A stretch of DNA of 63,864 nt, filler included, from Ministeria vibrans ATCC 50519 (GCA_943704425.1; 12 parts of 12 records of this genome joined end to end with filler, not necessarily neighbours in it); one strand, 5' to 3'; numbered from the whole stretch's first letter, positions 9,101 to 21,343 are shown. The notes: generated by a model from the sequence alone, not told the origin. Translations and numbers: made by a program.

Positions 9101-12100
9101 CACACACACACACACACTCACACACTCTCTCCTTCAGCTTGTCTTGCTCAAAGGGGATTTCTTGACTCCGCTCAAGTCATCGCTGACCACCCTCAATCTT
9201 GGCTTCAACAAGATTGCAGCGCTACCCAACAACACGCTTGCTGACATTCCTCGCCTCGCATGGCTCTCGCTTGGAAACAACTTCCTGCCTGCCTGGCCTG
9301 CTTCCTTGTCCAGCAGCTCCCTCTCGAGTCTGGACCTCTCCAACAATCCCATCGGCGAGTGGCCCGCACTTCTACCACCGCGCTTGAAATATCTCAATGT
9401 TGCCAATTGTCCACTCAAGTATGTCCCCGACAGTCTGTGCGGGTCGCTGCCCAGCCTCGAGTATCTCTCACTGAGCGGTTGTCAACTTGCCTCGGTCCCC
9501 AATGCTGTCTTTAGCGCCTGTGCCCGCTCGCTCACATCACTCGACATCAGCTCAAACCTTCTCCTCACGCTGCCCACATTGCTCTTTAACGATAGCACTG
9601 CCGCTCTTCAGCTACTCAACGCCTCACACTGTCGTCTCATTGACATTGCCCAGTCGACGCTTGCGCCCCTCTCATTTTTGCGTGTCCTCGATCTCACCGG
9701 CAACATTCTCACGTCATTGCCCACGACTTTATTTAGCTCAACACTCCAACTTCAAGAACTTTATCTACGCAACAACACGCTTGCGCTGGTCGACAACAGC
9801 ACGTTTGTTCCCCTCGCGCCCACCCTTAAAGTACTCAGTCTGCGCGACAACCCCCTGCTAGCTCTGCCCGCCTCCGTCTCACTTCTCTCCTCGTTGCTTC
9901 ACCTCGACATCTCAAGCTGTCTCCTTACCGAATTCGCTCCCGACATCTTTGTCAACATGGTCAATTTGACCTTTCTCAATTTCAATTTAAACCAAATCAC
10001 CACTCTGTCGCCGACACTCCTTTTGAACCTGCGCTCCCTCGAGAGCATCTCCTTTGCCCACAATTTGCTCACGACTCTGCCTGCGTCGCTCTTCGAGGGA
10101 TTCACCAACATCAAAACCCTGCAGTTCCAACTAAATCCCATCTCCGAGCTGCCCGACGACATATTTGCACCGCTCGCCAAGACCCTTCTGGGCCTAAACA
10201 TGGGCAACAGCGTTGCACGCAACATCCCCACAAGTGTCTCCCTGCTCTGCGCCCTTGAAGTCCTCTATCTTGACCAGCTTCTCATCGACAAGCTTGACCC
10301 GCACCTCTTCGACTGTATGTCCTCCCTTGGGCTTCTCAGTCTCACCGGAAACTTTCTCCTCACTTCACTGCCCCCCAACATTTTTGCACACTCTTCCGCC
10401 ATTGTCAACCTCATTCTCTCAAACAACGCCCTCACCTCACTCCCGTCACTTCCGCCAGCCGTCCAGAGCCTCACCATCAGCGGCAACCCTTTTCCACCGG
10501 GGCCTCTCTCCCCCCAAATCCTTGCGCGCCCCTCCCTCCTCGGCCTCACTGCCACCGCCTGCAACATCAACCAAATCTCATCTTCTGACATGGCTCACTT
10601 ACCTGCCCTCGAGACTCTCATCCTTTCGTCCAATCTCATCCAAGACATTCCTAACGGAACCTTTGCCGGGTCGGTCCATCTTGTCGAAATAGAGCTGTCG
10701 TACAACAGCATTCGCACCATTGGCAGCAACGTCTGGCCTGCCCCGTCCCTTTTTGATCTCCGTCTCGCTGGCAACCAGCTTTCTGCGCTTGCTCCCGACG
10801 TGTTTGCCTCCGCCCCGGGTCTCACCAATCTTCTTCTCAGCCAGAATTTTCTCCGCTCTCTACCTCCCACCATCTTTGCGCCTCTCACCAAATTGCAGAG
10901 TCTTGTGTTCCAGGTAAACCAACTGTCATCGCTCGACGCGTCACTCTTCACCCACAACACGGAGCTCCTCTACCTCGACTTCAGCGCCGCCGGTCCCATT
11001 ACCACTCTGCCCGCGACCCTCTTTGCATCCACAACACACATTGAGTATCTCAACATGAACAACATGACACTGGAAGTAAGACAATTAATATGGTTCTATC
11101 ATTCTGAATATAGCCTGTGTTCTCGTAGTCCCTACCATGCGGCATCCTCGATTCCATGCCGCGACTGTCGAGCTTCAGCATTCAGCTTAATCGCTTGCGC
11201 AACATTTCGCTGTGTTGGCTGGCACCCCTCTCCAAGGCGTCTCAACTCAGCTTTGCCGGCAATCAGCTGTCGTCCATCGGTGACACGCTCGCGTCCTTTT
11301 CCAACCTTGAGATTCTTTCGCTCGACTCCAATCTTTTCAGCGTCTTTCCCGATAATCTTCCTGCTTCGCTCAAGTACCTGTCGCTCTCGCAGAACCAGCT
11401 CATCACAGTGAGTCTGGCAGCGCTTGTGCCTCTCACCGAGCTGGTCACATTGGACCTGGCGGGCAACCTGCTCGTGACGCAGGTCGCCGAGACCATTGTG
11501 ACAACGCTGAGCCACATCAACGCCATAAACCTGTCCAACAACCGTCTCACGGGCACCTTCCAGATTCCCATTCACACGTCGCTCAATCTGGCAAACAACC
11601 GCATTGATTATATTCGTCCCGCCGAGCCCTCCACCAACCCGCTGCTCTTCGGCCAGGCTATCATTGTCAACAACTCACTCCCAGCCTTTGCCTGTCCCCC
11701 CGGCACCTACGGCGAATCTCCAGCCTGCTATGGCTTTTGCAGTCGTAAGAAGATCTCGTTGGGGTTAAAAAAATCAAACGAAGGAGATGAATGATTGTTC
11801 TTGTTTTTTTTTTGACATGAAGTGGTCTGTTTGTCGAGTGTCATTACGGACATTGGGCTGTTTACATTTTCATCGTGTTCCGGACCCAATCCAAGTGATT
11901 GTTGTCCTTACGGCCTCTCCGGTAGCAGTTGCCAATATGCGTTTCGGTGAGACAATAAGACAACAGATAATTTGTTAGGGTACTGATTTTGTTTTGTTTT
12001 AGGTGCCAAGAAGGAATGTGTGGCACAGGACGGTGTTTGGACGGACCTGAATCAGATGTGTATGGGCTGCGTTGTGAGTGTCCTCCGTCCATGCTGTCTT

Positions 12101-13617
12101 ACCAGCCCACCAGCTCTCGTGTTCTTGCCACGACCAACACGCCGCGATGTGTTCACGCTGTAACCCACATGTGTTTGTCTCTCCTTCCTTTCTTTTTTTT
12201 CGTTCGTTTGATTGCTTCTATTCTTTTTAGTGTCCAAAGTACACGTTTCGTTCGTCTGCGACGCAGTGCAGCGACTGTAGTGATTCATGCGAGCAAGGGT
12301 GTTCGGGGAGTGCGGATGTGTGTCTGAATCCGCAGTTGACGCATGCTATTGAAGGGGGCGCAGCGGGAGCCGTGGCGGCGCTCATTCTCATTGTCACTGG
12401 CCTGATACTCTATCGGAAGTCACGTTTGCGCGCTCGTGCTGCTCAGCGCCGTTATGTGGAACTGCACGACAACGTTGAGCGGTATTGGCTGGTCAACATG
12501 GCGGATTTGGTGCTGGAGAAGCAGCTGGCGCACGGGGCGTTTGGAGAGGTGTGGCGAGCAGACTGGGCGGGACGCACAGTGGCCGTCAAGAAGCTCAGAC
12601 AGGTACGATACTTGTGTATACGCGCCCTCTAACTGTGTGATGGATGGGATGATGTATTTGGCAGGGCATTTATTATGTGATGTGGTGATGGTTGTTTGTG
12701 GTTTTTTTAGGCCATTGTGGAGGGTGATCCCACCGCATACAGCGACTTTGAAAAGGAGATTTCATTTTACAAGCAGCACTTGCGTCACCGCAATTTGTGC
12801 TTGTTTTTTGGTGCGGGAGTCGATCCTCGAGACAAAGTACACAATGTTTGTGTTTAATTAAGTTTTTCCCCCTCTCAAACACACCTCTCATCTTTCTCTA
12901 TCCTACAGGCACCCTTTCTGGTGCTCGAGTACATGGAACGCGGGGCGCTGCGTTCGTTGCTCGATGACGATGCGCTTGAGTTGTCGTGGGACATCCGTTT
13001 GTCGCTGGCGTCCGACACGGCCCGTGGCATGCGCTACCTGCACGAGCAAACACCTCCTATTCTCCATCGTGATTTGAAGGCCTCCAATGTGTTTGTGTCG
13101 CAGCGGTGGATTGCAAAGATTGGCGACTTGGGCGAGAGTCGGCTTGCCTCGTTGCTGCAGCGTAGGGGGGGAGTGCAAGATGACGACGAAGAGAATGTAT
13201 GAAGAAGAACAAGAACCTTTGCTGTGTCCATCTGACTCTTTTTTTTTTTTGTCTTTTTAGACTGCAAGTGGCTCGCTGGATGAGCCGCTGCTGCGTGGCG
13301 CGACGCGGCACCGCGGCACGCTTGGCTGGCAGGCGCCTGAAGTATGTCAACAGCGTGCTTACGGACTGTCGGCGGACGTTTTTTCCTTTGCTATGGTCGT
13401 CTGGGAGATTGCCTCACGTGATTTTCCGTTCAGTCACATCCCCGAAAGCGAATCGTTCCGTGTCGTCGAGCAAATCATCCAGGGAGTGCGTCCGCCGACC
13501 CCGCCTGACTGCCCGCCTCTCCTCGCCGACCTCATCCTGCGCTGCTGGGCTCATGTTCCTGAGGACAGACCTTCCTTTCGTCAGCTTTTGCAGGATCTTG
13601 AGAACATTGACATGTAG
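8619..13617 (+). CDS. Leucine-rich-repeat receptor-like kinase (signal peptide, LRRNT, >25 LRRs, Cys-rich/EGF-like segment, TM, TKL-type kinase)
   Basis: CGVCLCDDTFADC cap; LxxLxLxxN repeats; TM GAAGAVAALILIVTGLILY followed by RKSR; GAFGEV, VAVKKL, HRDLKASN, DLG, GTLGWQAPE, DVFSFAMVVWE, RPSF. Confidence 0.9.
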
Positions 13618-13699
13618 AGAACTTTTTGTCATAAACAATCGTAAATTAGTGTGTATTATTTCGGTTTGTTGTACACACATCGCGCAGGTTATTTGCTTA

Positions 13700-16600
13700 T
13701 TAGTGGGCAACTCCGTTTTCCTTGGCCCACTTGCGTATCACCCGCAAAATCGAGTCCATCTGTCCGCATTCCGTGTTGTGAGAAACGACTCTATTTATAT
13801 TTTGTGTCTCACCTGCGCGTTTTGCGTTGAGTTTCTCAAAATCGACAAAACCTCGCTTAGGCTCTCTTTCGGCTCTTTTCCCGCAATGACCTACAAAAAA
13901 AAAGCACAGTAAGTATGAAGCATTGCATGCGAATGACGATAAACGAGTGGGAGATCATGACTGATTGAGACAGAGAGTGATGTGCCACTGTGCATCTCTC
14001 ACAAAGAGAGTGGCAGAGTTCACTGCGTTACCTGTTGGAAGACGCCCACACACGCTCCTCGCTTCCCTTCAAAGTACTCGGGATTTGCATCCAGTCGCTC
14101 CAGCACATCAAATGCTTTTGCAGAGTACACAAAGCTATAATACAACACTATTAATTTTTGTTTTTTTATTATTATTTTTAATGAATTAGGGTCATTTTAT
14201 TTTCTAAAAAATTATTATTGATCTCGTGTTCGAAAATTTACCTTCCCATTCGGTAGCAGTCGTTCGCAATGAGTTGGAGGAGTGCAAAACTCTCGGCAGA
14301 CGTGTCCATCTTCAAATAGAGCTCATACGCCAAACGTGCCTTTTTGTTGTAAATGTCTAAACGAGAGAGAGTAAAGAGGGTTAAAGAAGCAAAGTACGAG
14401 GAGGGAAAAAGTTCCCGGTGGCTCAAGACTCGTCAGGTGTGCCCACTCGACAACTCCGANNNNNNNNNNGGGGGGGGAAAGAAACAAAGCAAAAAAAAAC
14501 AGCATGGAGACGGGTGTGAGTCGTACAGCATCGAGCAAGCCAGCTGAGGTAGGTGTACTCACTGCGGATCTTGTGGGACTGGATGAGCAAGAAGGCCTCT
14601 TCCGCTTCCACGTACTCGCCAACTGCCGCCTAAACCAGATACACAAAAAGACACACAAAGAGACACACAAAGAGACACACAAAGAGACACACAAAGAGAC
14701 ACATGTACACAGGTGTTAGGGTGAACGAGTCGTCTTTTGTAGACGTAGACACCATACTTTTGCTTGTGCAAAGTTGAACATGAAGCGATCGTCACTGTAG
14801 AAATATGACTTGATAGACTCCAAGTACACGAGTACATCCTATGCAACGGGCCAGTCGTCAACAAAAAAAAAAACAATTCACAAACTAGCTACCTTAAAGT
14901 TCTCGAGAAGGAAGAAACAACTGGCCATACACTGCCGACCAGGAATGGTATCGCACTCACTGGCAGAGCCACCAACCAGCTAAAGGGAGCGGAGTGAAGA
15001 CTTAGGCACACACATCTACACACGCAAATTGAGACAACCCTGTACACACCTGAAAGTACTGCTGAGCGATTTTGCGGTGTTCGGCTGAATCGTTGAGCTG
15101 AGCGAGTGAGGCATTAACAACTCCCTTGAGAATGTACTCATGCGGCGTCGACGGCTCAAGGTCCTTCATCAGATTGTACGCCTCCACAAACTCATCCTAC
15201 GGCACAATGAGCAATAACAATAACATTAATTAACCAGAATATAATAAAAATAATTATAATAATAATAATAATTAATTAAATAATAATAAAAATAATAATA
15301 ATAATAATCCACTCAATCAGTGACAGAAGTTTGAGACCTGCTTGAGATGGTAAATGACCAAATTGAGTGTCGCTTCTGGGATGAGTCCGCGTAAGGGTCG
15401 CAGGACCGGCAGTGCGTTCTCTCCACCGCGAAACACACACAGGTTGTGTCGTGCCAGCTCAGACGCAAATTCAAATTGTGCAGATGACATTTCTTCGACC
15501 TTTTTCAGTTCCATTTCCGCTAATTTGTTTTTGAGAGCGATCGAGTGAGTGAGCGAGCGAGGGTGAGAAATGAGATGAAATCGAAACCTGCTTTGCCGTT
15601 GTAGAGACGAAAGTGGTTGCAAGCTTTGAGATTGACTGCAATGGCGGAGTCGGGATGTTGTTGGAGGTAGATGGATAGGACTTCCTAGCCGACAAAAGGC
15701 AACAGTCAATTATTATCAATAGGGTTAGCGTTGAATGTGGGTTCGAGCGTAGAATTGTAACTGTCTTGCCTGGCTCACGTCGTAGTAATCAAGCTTGTAG
15801 TAGCACATTGCAATGTAGACGTTGAGGGCCACGTAGTCGCGATTCTCGAGAAGGATGCGCTTGTATATGTCGATGGCCTCCTGGTAGTGGCCGCGCATGT
15901 AGTGGATGGACGCGAGACAAAGCTGATCCTCAACCACGTTGTGCAGCTGCTGGTGGTGTTTCATCAACTGCTTCTCGTCTTGATCCTTGTGTGAAATGTG
16001 AAACAGAAGACGGTTCTGCAAGCCACATTTGGGCCCTAGGGTAGGCGACACAAAAGAGTATTAAACACTCCTAGGCTCGGCAGGGCCTCCTCATGGATGG
16101 GTCAGATGCATACCTTTTTTCGCGGCCTCTTGTGCCTGCTTGTACATTCCAAGAAAGAAATAGCAGCAAGCAAGAAAGCACCAGACCATCTCATCACATT
16201 TCTTTTGTTTGGTGAGCGTTTCGTATTCCTTAAGCGAAGAGGAAAAAAAAAGAAAAGGGTGAGGTGTGTGAACTTGCAATCAGCGCAGTACGTTTCTTAC
16301 CTTTCTCGCTCGCTCGTAGTCGCCCAAATGAAAGGCACAAAACGCTATCCAAAGGTCAGTGAGCTACAAAGGAACGCCATGGAGTGGGTCAGAAACGGAA
16401 TCAAGCCAAGGACGTCGGGAGAGGAGCAGTCAATCAGAGTCGCAAGCATTGGTTCGTTGCGACAGCAACCGCACACAAACAGGTCCGAAAAGCAGCAACG
16501 GCGTGCGTGGCGGCACCTCTTGCCGTCACCACGCCTCCGTATTGACAAACACGGTGCTTGCTGAGTGGCCGTATGGTCTTCATATGGTCGTTGAGGCGTG

Positions 16601-16834
16601 GTTGGGGCTCTTCAGTCGTTGTTTTTTCAAAACGCTTACATCCTTCTTCTCCTTGTCTTTCGAATTGGCATTGGCGTTTTTCTGGAACTCTAGAAGTGTG
16701 ATGGCGCCAGTGTAGTCGCGAGACTCGAGGAAATGATCCAGAGTGGGCACTTGTTTGGATTTATTCAACGAGCTGCTTCCCGCTGCACTTGGATCGTCGG
16801 CTTCATGGGCCGCCTTGGCCCGAGAAAGCATCAT
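13700..16834 (-). CDS. IFT56: Intraflagellar transport protein 56 (TTC26/DYF-13)
   Basis: [90 protein letters not shown]-terminus; many exons. Confidence 0.95.
14413..14459 (+). other. Isolated RBX1/ROC1 C-terminal coding fragment, antisense within an IFT56 intron, abutting an N gap
   Basis: Translates [15 protein letters not shown], the near-invariant RBX1 RING C-terminus. Confidence 0.6.
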
Positions 16835-17068
16835 ACTGGGAAGCAAAGAGTCAAGAGGTAGAAGACTGAACAGAGAGAAAATGAAAAATCTTTAAAATTG
16901 TGATTGCGATTTGCGAGAAATGTAATTCTTAAAAAAAAAACTAAAACGTTCAAAGTTTAAAGTTTAAGGTCAATCGAATTTCTCCTCCCCTCACCCCGAG
17001 TTTCTGTTGCTGGCGACCGAGACTCCCCTGCCACCCCCCACCGTTCGATCTACCCTCCACCCCTCCCC

Positions 17069-17168
17069 NNNNNNNNNNNNNNNNNNNNNNNNNNNNNNNN
17101 NNNNNNNNNNNNTTAATTAATTAANNNNNNNNNNNNNNNNNNNNNNNNNNNNNNNNNNNNNNNNNNNN
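17069..17168. other. Artificial contig spacer N44-TTAATTAATTAA-N44 (also 19060-19159, 20555-20654, 23651-23750, 34787-34886, 36584-36683, 49401-49500, 50944-51043, 52266-52365, 60564-60663, 62088-62187)
   Basis: Identical 100-nt blocks with a six-frame stop linker; genes are cut off at these points. Confidence 0.98.
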
Positions 17169-17170
17169 AG

Positions 17171-17338
17171 GGCCACTTTGATCCACACTTGTGCGTTGAC
17201 AACCGCTGCGACAGTGTTGTGGCGCCATCCAAGCGCGAGGACGCGCGTGCCATGTTCTTGGAGAGGTTTCGCGAGTTCATCGTGTACGATCGGCACATGG
17301 CCTACCCCGAATACTGCGTGGAGTATGTGCGGCAGTAG
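17171..17338 (+). CDS. PARP/ADP-ribosyltransferase catalytic domain, C-terminal end (partial)
   Basis: Manual translation: ...CDSVVAPSKREDARAMFLERFREFIVYDRHMAYPEYCVEYVRQ*; DSV...EFxVYD...YPEY is the PARP C-terminal signature; frame not in ORF track. Confidence 0.8.
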   Translation, partial: GHFDPHLCVDNRCDSVVAPSKREDARAMFLERFREFIVYDRHMAYPEYCVEYVRQ

Positions 17339-17454
17339 GAAGGTGGAGCGAGCGGCGGAGACCTTTTATCGACTGAGTGGAGCCAGGGGCTAATGAGAGT
17401 GAATAAATATATATTTTCTTGTGTGTTACCTGACTCAGGAGAGGGATTTTTGAA

Positions 17455-17568
17455 GTAACCCTTTCATTGATACAAGTCAACATAAGACTCTCAGTCGATA
17501 TTACAGCGCTGCGTATCAATAGCAACACTGCTGACCAAGAAGACCCAAGGCACCCATCACTCTCACCC
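17455..17568 (-). mobile_element. Second, diverged 3' UTR remnant of LINE family R2
   Basis: Imperfect direct repeat of approx 17687-17800 (CTTTCATTGATACAAGYCAACATAAGACTCTCAG...AAGAAGACCCAAGGCACCCATC). Confidence 0.8.
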
Positions 17569-17650
17569 TCGACCTCCTCCGTGGTAGTCAGTGAGCTCCC
17601 CATGTGGAATCCGATTCCACCGCGGAGGGGCGCCACTGATTTTTGCGTCC

Positions 17651-18705
17651 TTTTTTTTTTTTTTTTTTTTTTTGGTAAACTTTCAGGTAACCTTTCATTG
17701 ATACAAGCCAACATAAGACTCTCAGACGATATTACAAAACTGCGTGTCAATAGCAACCCTGCACGCCCAAGAAGACCCAAGGCACCCATCCCTCTCACCC
17801 TTCAGCCCACACTTAGGCTGATGGGTAAGAGTTCTACAAGTTATTTTTTTTTCTCTCTGCAACACACTCTAGGAAAACGTAAACAAAAACAAAACAAAAA
17901 CAAATCATCACTCCTCCTCATGCGGAAACTAATCCAGCCGTGGAGGGCGTCACGAAGTGCCGTGACGCGTAGTGGCTCTCTCTCACTCTCTCACTCACTC
18001 TCTCTCTCTCTCTCACTCTCTCACTCTCAGTTGTTGTCATCCGTGTGAGCGTCGTCGCCCCCATTGTTGCCTGTCTTGATGCGGTTCTGGTACCACTCCT
18101 GGGCACCTTTAACCGCTTCAGTCGTCACCTTCTTCAGTCTCTTCCACTTGCTCCTAGGGCACTTCTGTTTGACTCCCATCTCCCAGAAACCCGTCGCCCG
18201 TCTGATCGCTGACTGTGCACTGATTGCCCTAAGCAGCTCCGCCTTGTCCATCCCGTCCATTCGCCATCGTTGGATTTCCTCCCTCACCTTCTTCAGCGTC
18301 CCTTCGGCACAGGACTCTTCCTCACCGTCGGCTCCCTTGCAACTGAGCAGGTGCTCCGTTGACTCCACAATGCCGTCGTCACATCTCATGCACAACGTGC
18401 CAGTGTCGTCCTCGGCCGTCGCCGCCCCATATCCTCTCCTCATGTCCACCTCTTTGCATTTGAGTAGCCCCACCACCGCTCGTACAGCAAACCGTCGTCT
18501 TGCAAACGGAACGCCTTTGCACAGCTGTGCAAACCACTCATCGTCTCCACCCTTCACCGTCTCCCCCTGTCGTCTCAGGGCCTTCCACCTGTCTCTCCGC
18601 TCTTTCTCCTTCTTTTGTTCACACACCTTAAAAGCTAAACGTGCTTCTCGTCTCGCACGCCCCGTGCCCCCATCCGCGTCTTTGAGCACCAATGTCTGTC
18701 GGTCG
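17651..18705 (-). mobile_element. 5'-truncated non-LTR retrotransposon (L1/Tx1-like ORF2 C-terminus, 3' UTR, poly(A)) with 16-bp TSD
   Basis: Open frame to stop at 18027 with CCHC knuckle CMRCDDGIVESTEHLLSC; poly(T) 17651-17673; flanking direct repeat ACTGATTTTTGCGTCC at 17635-17650 and 18706-18721. Confidence 0.9.
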
Positions 18706-18721
18706 ACTGATTTTTGCGTCC

Positions 18722-18915
18722 AGGCGTAAAAAAAGAACTCCCGCTCGCGATAAAATACCTTGTAATTAATTTCGCAACACATAACGTGTAAATTCGATAT
18801 ATTTGTTGATTATATTTCGCGTCATGAAAAACATCCACACTTGAATATTGTTCAACTAATTTCATCGGGCGAAAATACATCAACTAAATATCGGTAGAAC
18901 ACAGCTTACTTTACA
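18722..18915. repeat. AT-rich spaced-motif module, copy B (its GC-rich cap at 17597-17639 is separated from it by the LINE)
   Basis: TTCGC (18771-18775), ATATTTCG (18812), GAAAATA (18871), ACACAGCTTA (ends 18908). Confidence 0.65.
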
Positions 18916-19159
18916 AATCTCAAATTTCACGAAATTCGCGTTTCTCCGGAATTTGACCAGTCTTTTTTACACAGAGAATGAGCTGACAAGCGTGTGACTA
19001 GACCCACTCGCCTGCTCGCATAACCACACGTTTTTTTTTTTTTTTTTTTTTTTAAAACCNNNNNNNNNNNNNNNNNNNNNNNNNNNNNNNNNNNNNNNNN
19101 NNNTTAATTAATTAANNNNNNNNNNNNNNNNNNNNNNNNNNNNNNNNNNNNNNNNNNNN

Positions 19160-19200
<41 letters not shown>

Positions 19201-19377
19201 GAAAGAAACAAAGTGATAGAGAGAGAGGAGGAGAAAGAAACAAAGTGATAGAGAGAGGAGGAGAAAGAAACAAAGTGATAGAGAGAGGAGGAGAAAGAAA
19301 CAAAGTGATAGAGAGAGAGAAACAGAGACACTCGATATGTGTGTCGCGTCGGAATGAATCAAAACGATTGTGTGTAG

Positions 19378-20496
19378 TTTGTCATTGATCGTCTTGAGCG
19401 ACCCTTCACTGACTATGAGGTAACAACTGACGATTGTACAACGCGATTATTATGATTGTTCATTGATGTATTGATATGCGACTGGTTCAAAGGTGCTCTT
19501 TTTTGATTCGATGATAAAAGCGAAGGAGAATCGAAAGATCACCAAACTCTCAAAGGTGAGAATAATAATAATTATCATAATAATAATAATAAAAATTGAA
19601 CAAAAGTGACTAACAATAATAATATTTTATTTCTGCAGTCTGCGACTCCGTTCCTGGGGGACGAATCATACCACATTACTGCTTCATACCAACTGGAGAC
19701 ACCGGCCACTACGATCAACGAAGCTCCTCCATCATCGACAGCTGTTCCCTCTGCTGCCTCTACTTCCACTGCGACAACGGGTGCAGAAGTAACTCCGACA
19801 TTTACACGACTCCATGCGCGAGCCTTGGCTTCACTGCCTATTTCGCGTCTGCCCGCGACCATTCCGCTCGTTCCGTTCCCATTCAGCACAGCTCTCCCGG
19901 CCGACGCTGTGCTTGACCATGCCCAAGTGGCGCCCCTAGCCGACGATGTTGTACTCTCGCGCCTTAAGGAGCACACGCTCAACCGTGCTCGTCGCGCGCG
20001 TCTCTACAAGAACATTCGATGGCAGAAACTTGCCGCCAAGTTGAACCGTGGCGAAGGCACTCTCATTCGAAGGTTCTCTTTGTCTGTTTGTTTCCCGTTG
20101 TAGCAAACTGTCAGCGTGTTAATTCTTCTTGCTTTGTTGCAGTATTAAGTGTGATGCGGATTTGGCCAATGTACAGAAGCTGATTGAACAAGTGGCGCTG
20201 TCCGAGCAGCAATTGGAGCGAGCGAACGAAGATCGAATCAACGGGTATGAATATTTAGGATATGTACGATGTTTGCATGAGACTGTGTATTTATTGTGTG
20301 TGTGTGTGTATTATATTTTTGCGATAGGTGTCTTCAGCTGCTGTACTCACAGCATGAAGTTCTCATGATGGCTGCGGACGAGGCCGACCGCACGACGGTT
20401 GCTGATGTGCGCGCTACCCTCCGCAATCTGGTTCTGGCTATTGCGCGTCATGAAGACGCACTTGAGACGCTCAAAAAGCGTAATTTAAGGAAGTGA
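19378..20496 (+). CDS. 3' part of a probable DENN-domain protein (dDENN end plus coiled-coil tail)
   Basis: Spliced exons give FVIDRLERPFTDYE|VLFFDSMIKAKENRKITKLSK|SATPFLGDES, resembling the F..DR...LFFDE.I.AK.NR...TPFL segment of DENN proteins. Confidence 0.55.
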
Positions 20497-20516
20497 TTAA
20501 GGAGATTAAGGTTTGT

Positions 20517-20554
<38 letters not shown>

Positions 20555-20654
20555 NNNNNNNNNNNNNNNNNNNNNNNNNNNNNNNNNNNNNNNNNNNNTT
20601 AATTAATTAANNNNNNNNNNNNNNNNNNNNNNNNNNNNNNNNNNNNNNNNNNNN

Positions 20655-20753
<99 letters not shown>

Positions 20754-20804
20754 TTCTCCTCTCTCTCTCTCTCTTCTTTCTCCTCTCTCTCTCTCTCTTC
20801 TCTC

Positions 20805-21343
20805 GTTTGCGCACTTGATGTCCGAAAGAAACGACAGAGTTTCACCCAAAATGGCAATGACCGACTGGTATGGGTTGTAAACGCCCGGCCGTATCTCGTG
20901 GAGCGAACGGTTGTTAAATGTTTTCTTGCCCTACAATTTCCATCAGGAGGAAACTTGTTTGTTTCATTCAGAGTCAGTTTCCTCTTACCTGAGTCAAATT
21001 CGATCGCGTATAGTCGACGGCTGCGCACATGCAAAAAAGAAGAAGAGACATGTAAGACGATTGCAAAGACGGCAACGCCCGCTTGAGGAAGAGAGGAGCG
21101 ATAATGGCGGTCGAACAAAGAGTGCCACATCAACCCAAAAAGAGAGGAAAGAAGAGAGTGTGTACCGACAATGAGACGCGCCGTCTCAAGTCCGGCCTTG
21201 CGCAATGCCTCGGCAACCTCTTCGACAGTGGTGAACTCGTCAGAGATGCGCTGAAACCCATTTTTGTGCGTTTTGTTTTTGGAACGCGAAAGAAATATGA
21301 AAAAGGCAACAATAATCAGTGCCACAACAGTCAAGGTGTCCAT
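20805..21343 (-). CDS. Copine/RGLG-like vWA protein with N-terminal membrane anchor (partial)
   Basis: ISDEFTTVEEVAEALRKAGLETARLIV and, in a later exon, GKKTFNNRSLHEIRPGVYNPYQSVIAILGETL; N-terminal hydrophobic helix. Confidence 0.75.

Noticed and set aside
17113-17124. Recurrent palindromic TTAATTAATTAA between N runs
   Set aside because: Artificial six-frame-stop contig linker, not biological; cross-spacer gene neighbourhoods were therefore not interpreted
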